Made by a program: the position numbers and the translations under genes. From NCBI RefSeq assembly GCF_963921235.1, contig NC_086108.1, forward strand, positions 67,644,001 to 67,708,000: a DNA stretch of 64,000 nt. The letters run 5' to 3'. The stretch comes from Mobula hypostoma. Taxonomy: Eukaryota. Below the pieces are notes generated by a model. The model did no database searches. It was given only the letters and a program-made list of their open reading frames with translations, and was not told the origin of the DNA. Positions 60,886-64,000 of this stretch are shown here, one piece after another. How positions within the stretch are numbered: position 1 is the first letter of the stretch; every line of letters begins with the position of its first letter.

Positions 60886-63800
60886 GCGAGTCTCGAACAC
60901 ACAGTGATGGACCCAACAGAGAGAGAGCAGCTGACCTTGGCCGTGAGATTCATTGGTCAGGTAGGAGGCAAGCTACAGGCAATGGAATCTGTTCTCAGTG
61001 AAGTTACAGAGGCAATGACGCAGATAACCTCATGCCGACAAACTCAGTCTCACTTGAAGGAACAGGTATCGTCCTTAGCTGCAACTGTTCAACAGCTCAC
61101 CACAGACAATTGGACACAGGTGTCTGCAATTTTCGCACTCACGGCCACCGTCCACGAACTTACTGAGAACAGCCAGCATCAGCTGACAGCCATTAACGTT
61201 CTCGCCAGCTCAATTCAGCAGCTTCAGGCCACCTCAGTCCCACTCCCAGCATCTCACAGGTCCTCCGTTTCTGCTGCCCCAACAACCTCTGCTACTAATG
61301 CTCCCGCTCCCGCGCCTGGACCAGAGCCAACTCCCACGACCATACAGGAACCGAATATTCTATCACCAGGCAGATATTCTGGTGATCCCGATGGTTGCAG
61401 GAATTTTATTACCCAATGCGAGCTGACATTCCAAGCCCAGCCTGGTCGTTTTGGTGATAGTGTGTGAAAATTGGCGTGCATGGTCAATCTTCTTGACGGA
61501 CCTCCAATCAGCCTGTTCAATGCTTTACGGCAGCAAGGATACTCCGCAGCCCAGTCATTCTGACATTTTGTGACGGAGTTAAGGAGGGTTTTTGATCTTC
61601 CAGTACGGGGTCAGGAGGCTGCCCACCGACTCTTGGACCTGTGCCAAGGCATAGGTAAGAGCCTATGCAGTTAAATTCCGTACCCTTGCAGTAGAGACAG
61701 AATGGAATGAGAGATCTCTCATCAGTGCCTTACAGCGTGGACTGAATGCGGGGGTCCGGCATAAGATTGTTGCCCGGGATGAGCAGGATAGTCTCGATGA
61801 CCTGATTAATCTGGCTATTCAAGTTGACAACTGGGTAACTGAGTGGTGCAGGGAAAGAATGTTTCAAACTTCCTGATCACTGTCTTTCCTCACCCTCTCC
61901 CCCCTCCCTCACCAGTCAGCATCCAACCAACGGAGGAGCCTATGTGAGTGGGGCGCATATGCCTGTCTCAGGAGGAATGAGAGCGCTGCCAGAGAACAGG
62001 ATCCTGCCTCTATTGTGGTGATCCAGGACACTTCCGGGCTGCATGTTCCAAGAGTCCAGTAAAAGAGAATACCCGTCAGCAGGGAGGGGAATCTTGATGG
62101 GTCGGTTCTCTCTACACTCAGCTTCCCCTAATCCTGTAGTGCTCGTAGCTTCCTTGTTGTGGAGGTCTCAGACCCATGAACTTAAGGCATTTATTGACTC
62201 TGATGCAGCCGGGAAGCTTATGGACATCTCTCTCACTCAAAGATGGGAAGTTTCAATTCAGGAATTAGAGAAAAGATCAACATCAAGGCGCTGGATGGTT
62301 GACTTCTGGGTGCCGGCCAGATCCACCTTTCCACCCAACCCCTCCAACTGGTGCTCGAAGGCAACTATCATGAAGAAATATCTTTCTATCTGGTTAATTC
62401 ACCTGACCTGCCACTGGTACTTGGCCTCCCCGGTTATCCTGACATAATCCACGGATCGATTGGTCTCTGAAGGTACTCCAAGAGTGGGGACCGGCATGCC
62501 TGTCTACCTGTCTGGGTCCAGCTCAAGCTCCATTCCATGAATCCCCTCCTGTGACAGCTAAGGATGTGGACCGGTCTGGGATTCCAGCTGGATCTGCGGA
62601 TCTCCTTGAGGTTTTGAGTAAAAGAAAGGCCACCACCCTGCCCCCACACCGGCCATACGACTGTGCCATAGACCTCCTACCTGGCACTAGACCTCCCCAG
62701 GGCCAGTTCTTTTTCCTCTCTCGTCCTGGAACGATGGCCATGGAGGAATACCTTAATGAGACATTGAACATGGAGTTTATCCATGCGTCAACCTCGCTGG
62801 CAGGAGCGGGCTTCTTTTTTGTGAGCAAGAAAGATGGCAAGCTCCATCCCTGCATCGATTATCGGCCCCTGAACAATATCACTGTGAAGAACCGCTACCC
62901 TCTTCCCTTGCTGGTGTCTGTGTTTGAACAGGGAGCAACCATATTTTCCAAAATTGATCTGCACAATGCTTACAATCTGATTTGCATAAGAGAAGGGGAT
63001 GAGTGGAAAGCAACTTTCATCACCTCTAATGGCCACTATGAATACCTGGTGATGCCTTTTGGTCTGGCCAATGCCTCCGCTGTATTCCAGGCCTTGGATA
63101 ACGATGTGCTCAGGGACATGTTGAATCAGTTTGTGTTTGTGTATTTAGATGACATCCTTATCTATTCCTGATCTCAGCAGGAGCATGTCCAGCATGTCTC
63201 GAAAGAACTCAGATGCCTTCCTGAAAATGACCTGCATGGCAAGGCTGAAAAATGTGAATTCCATAAAGACCAAGTGTCGTTTTTCGGCTATATTCTTGCC
63301 CCATCCAGTGTTCAAACGGACCCCAGTAAAATTCAGGCAGTTGCAGAGTGGCCAAACAGTCTACAATCAAACAGGTACGGCACTTCATGGGGTTTGTGAA
63401 CTTTTATCACCACTTCATCTGGAATTTAATGCACTCATCAAGAAAACCTCAGCAGGGTTCCATTGGACGGACGATGCTGACCAAGTATTTTCAGAGCTAA
63501 AGCGACATTTCACCACTGCCCCGCTGCTGCAACACCCGGACCCATCTCAGCCATTCATTGTCGAGGTGGATGCATCCGATGTAGGCATTGAAGCTGTCCT
63601 CGCTCAGCGCTCGTCTGCAGATAGCTGGCTGCACCCTGGTCCCTTTCTTTCCCATTGCTTGGCTCCGGCCGAGAGGAATTACAATGTTGGGAACCAGGAG
63701 CTTCTGGCTGTCAAGGAGGCCCTGGAGGAATGGCAACACTGGCTGCAGGGGGCAGAGCATCCATTCTTGATCTGGACAGATCACAAGAACCTCACCTATA

Positions 63801-64000
63801 TTCAGGATGCTAAGAGACTCAACTCTCGTCAAGCCCGGTGGGCTCTCTTCTTCACATGGTTCAATTTCATCCTCACTTAAAAAGACAGTTTTGGTGGCCA
63901 TCTATGTCCCAGGATGTCCAAGACTTTGTATCTGCCTATCCCACCTGCACTTAGAACAAGACATCACGCCAGCATCCTGCAAATCTGTTATGTCCACTGC
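60460..64000 (+). mobile_element. Sushi-like Ty3/Gypsy LTR retrotransposon, decayed, truncated by the window end
   Basis: Gag from MDP at 60907 (PGRYSGDPDGCRNFITQC), zinc knuckle CLYCGDPGHFRAAC (~62005-62046), protease [22 protein letters not shown]...YLDDILIYS, RNase [10 protein letters not shown]...TDHKNL, integrase piece FWWPSM. Confidence 0.93.

Noticed and set aside
60880..61467. Gag ORF as a domesticated PEG10/RTL-like gene
   Set aside because: It sits behind an LTR, stops prematurely at 61467, and the downstream gag and pol carry many stops and frameshifts.
1..64000. CRISPR arrays, tRNA/rRNA genes, prokaryotic operons
   Set aside because: None seen; the window is intron- and retroelement-rich vertebrate DNA.

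Overview
Eukaryotic, repeat-dense vertebrate genomic DNA. The CR1/Rex-Babar/Penelope repertoire suggests a cartilaginous fish, probably a ray (inference). One host gene is supported: a SPATA6-family gene on the minus strand. Ten GT-AG coding exons (ATG at 45880 down to 1707; 1097 coding nt) join in frame, and the gene continues past the left edge. A short CpG-rich promoter at about 45.9-46.1 kb carries X-box-like, ETS-CRE and CCAAT motifs. The rest is mostly transposons: many CR1 LINEs (one with an unbroken 697-aa RT ORF), Rex/Babar-type LINE fragments, a Neptune-type Penelope-like element (PLE) with a GIY-YIG endonuclease, three kinds of hAT element (one family with 6-bp TSDs), a Tc1 IR/DR remnant, and a Sushi-like Gypsy element running off the right edge. 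The most interesting signal is a set of minimal type-I hammerhead ribozyme motifs in PLE termini, plus a recurrent ~220-bp fold-back element centred on back-to-back hammerhead motifs with 13-bp TSDs. PLE hammerheads are a known class; whether this fold-back family is undescribed cannot be decided without database searches. Boundaries of old repeats are approximate.
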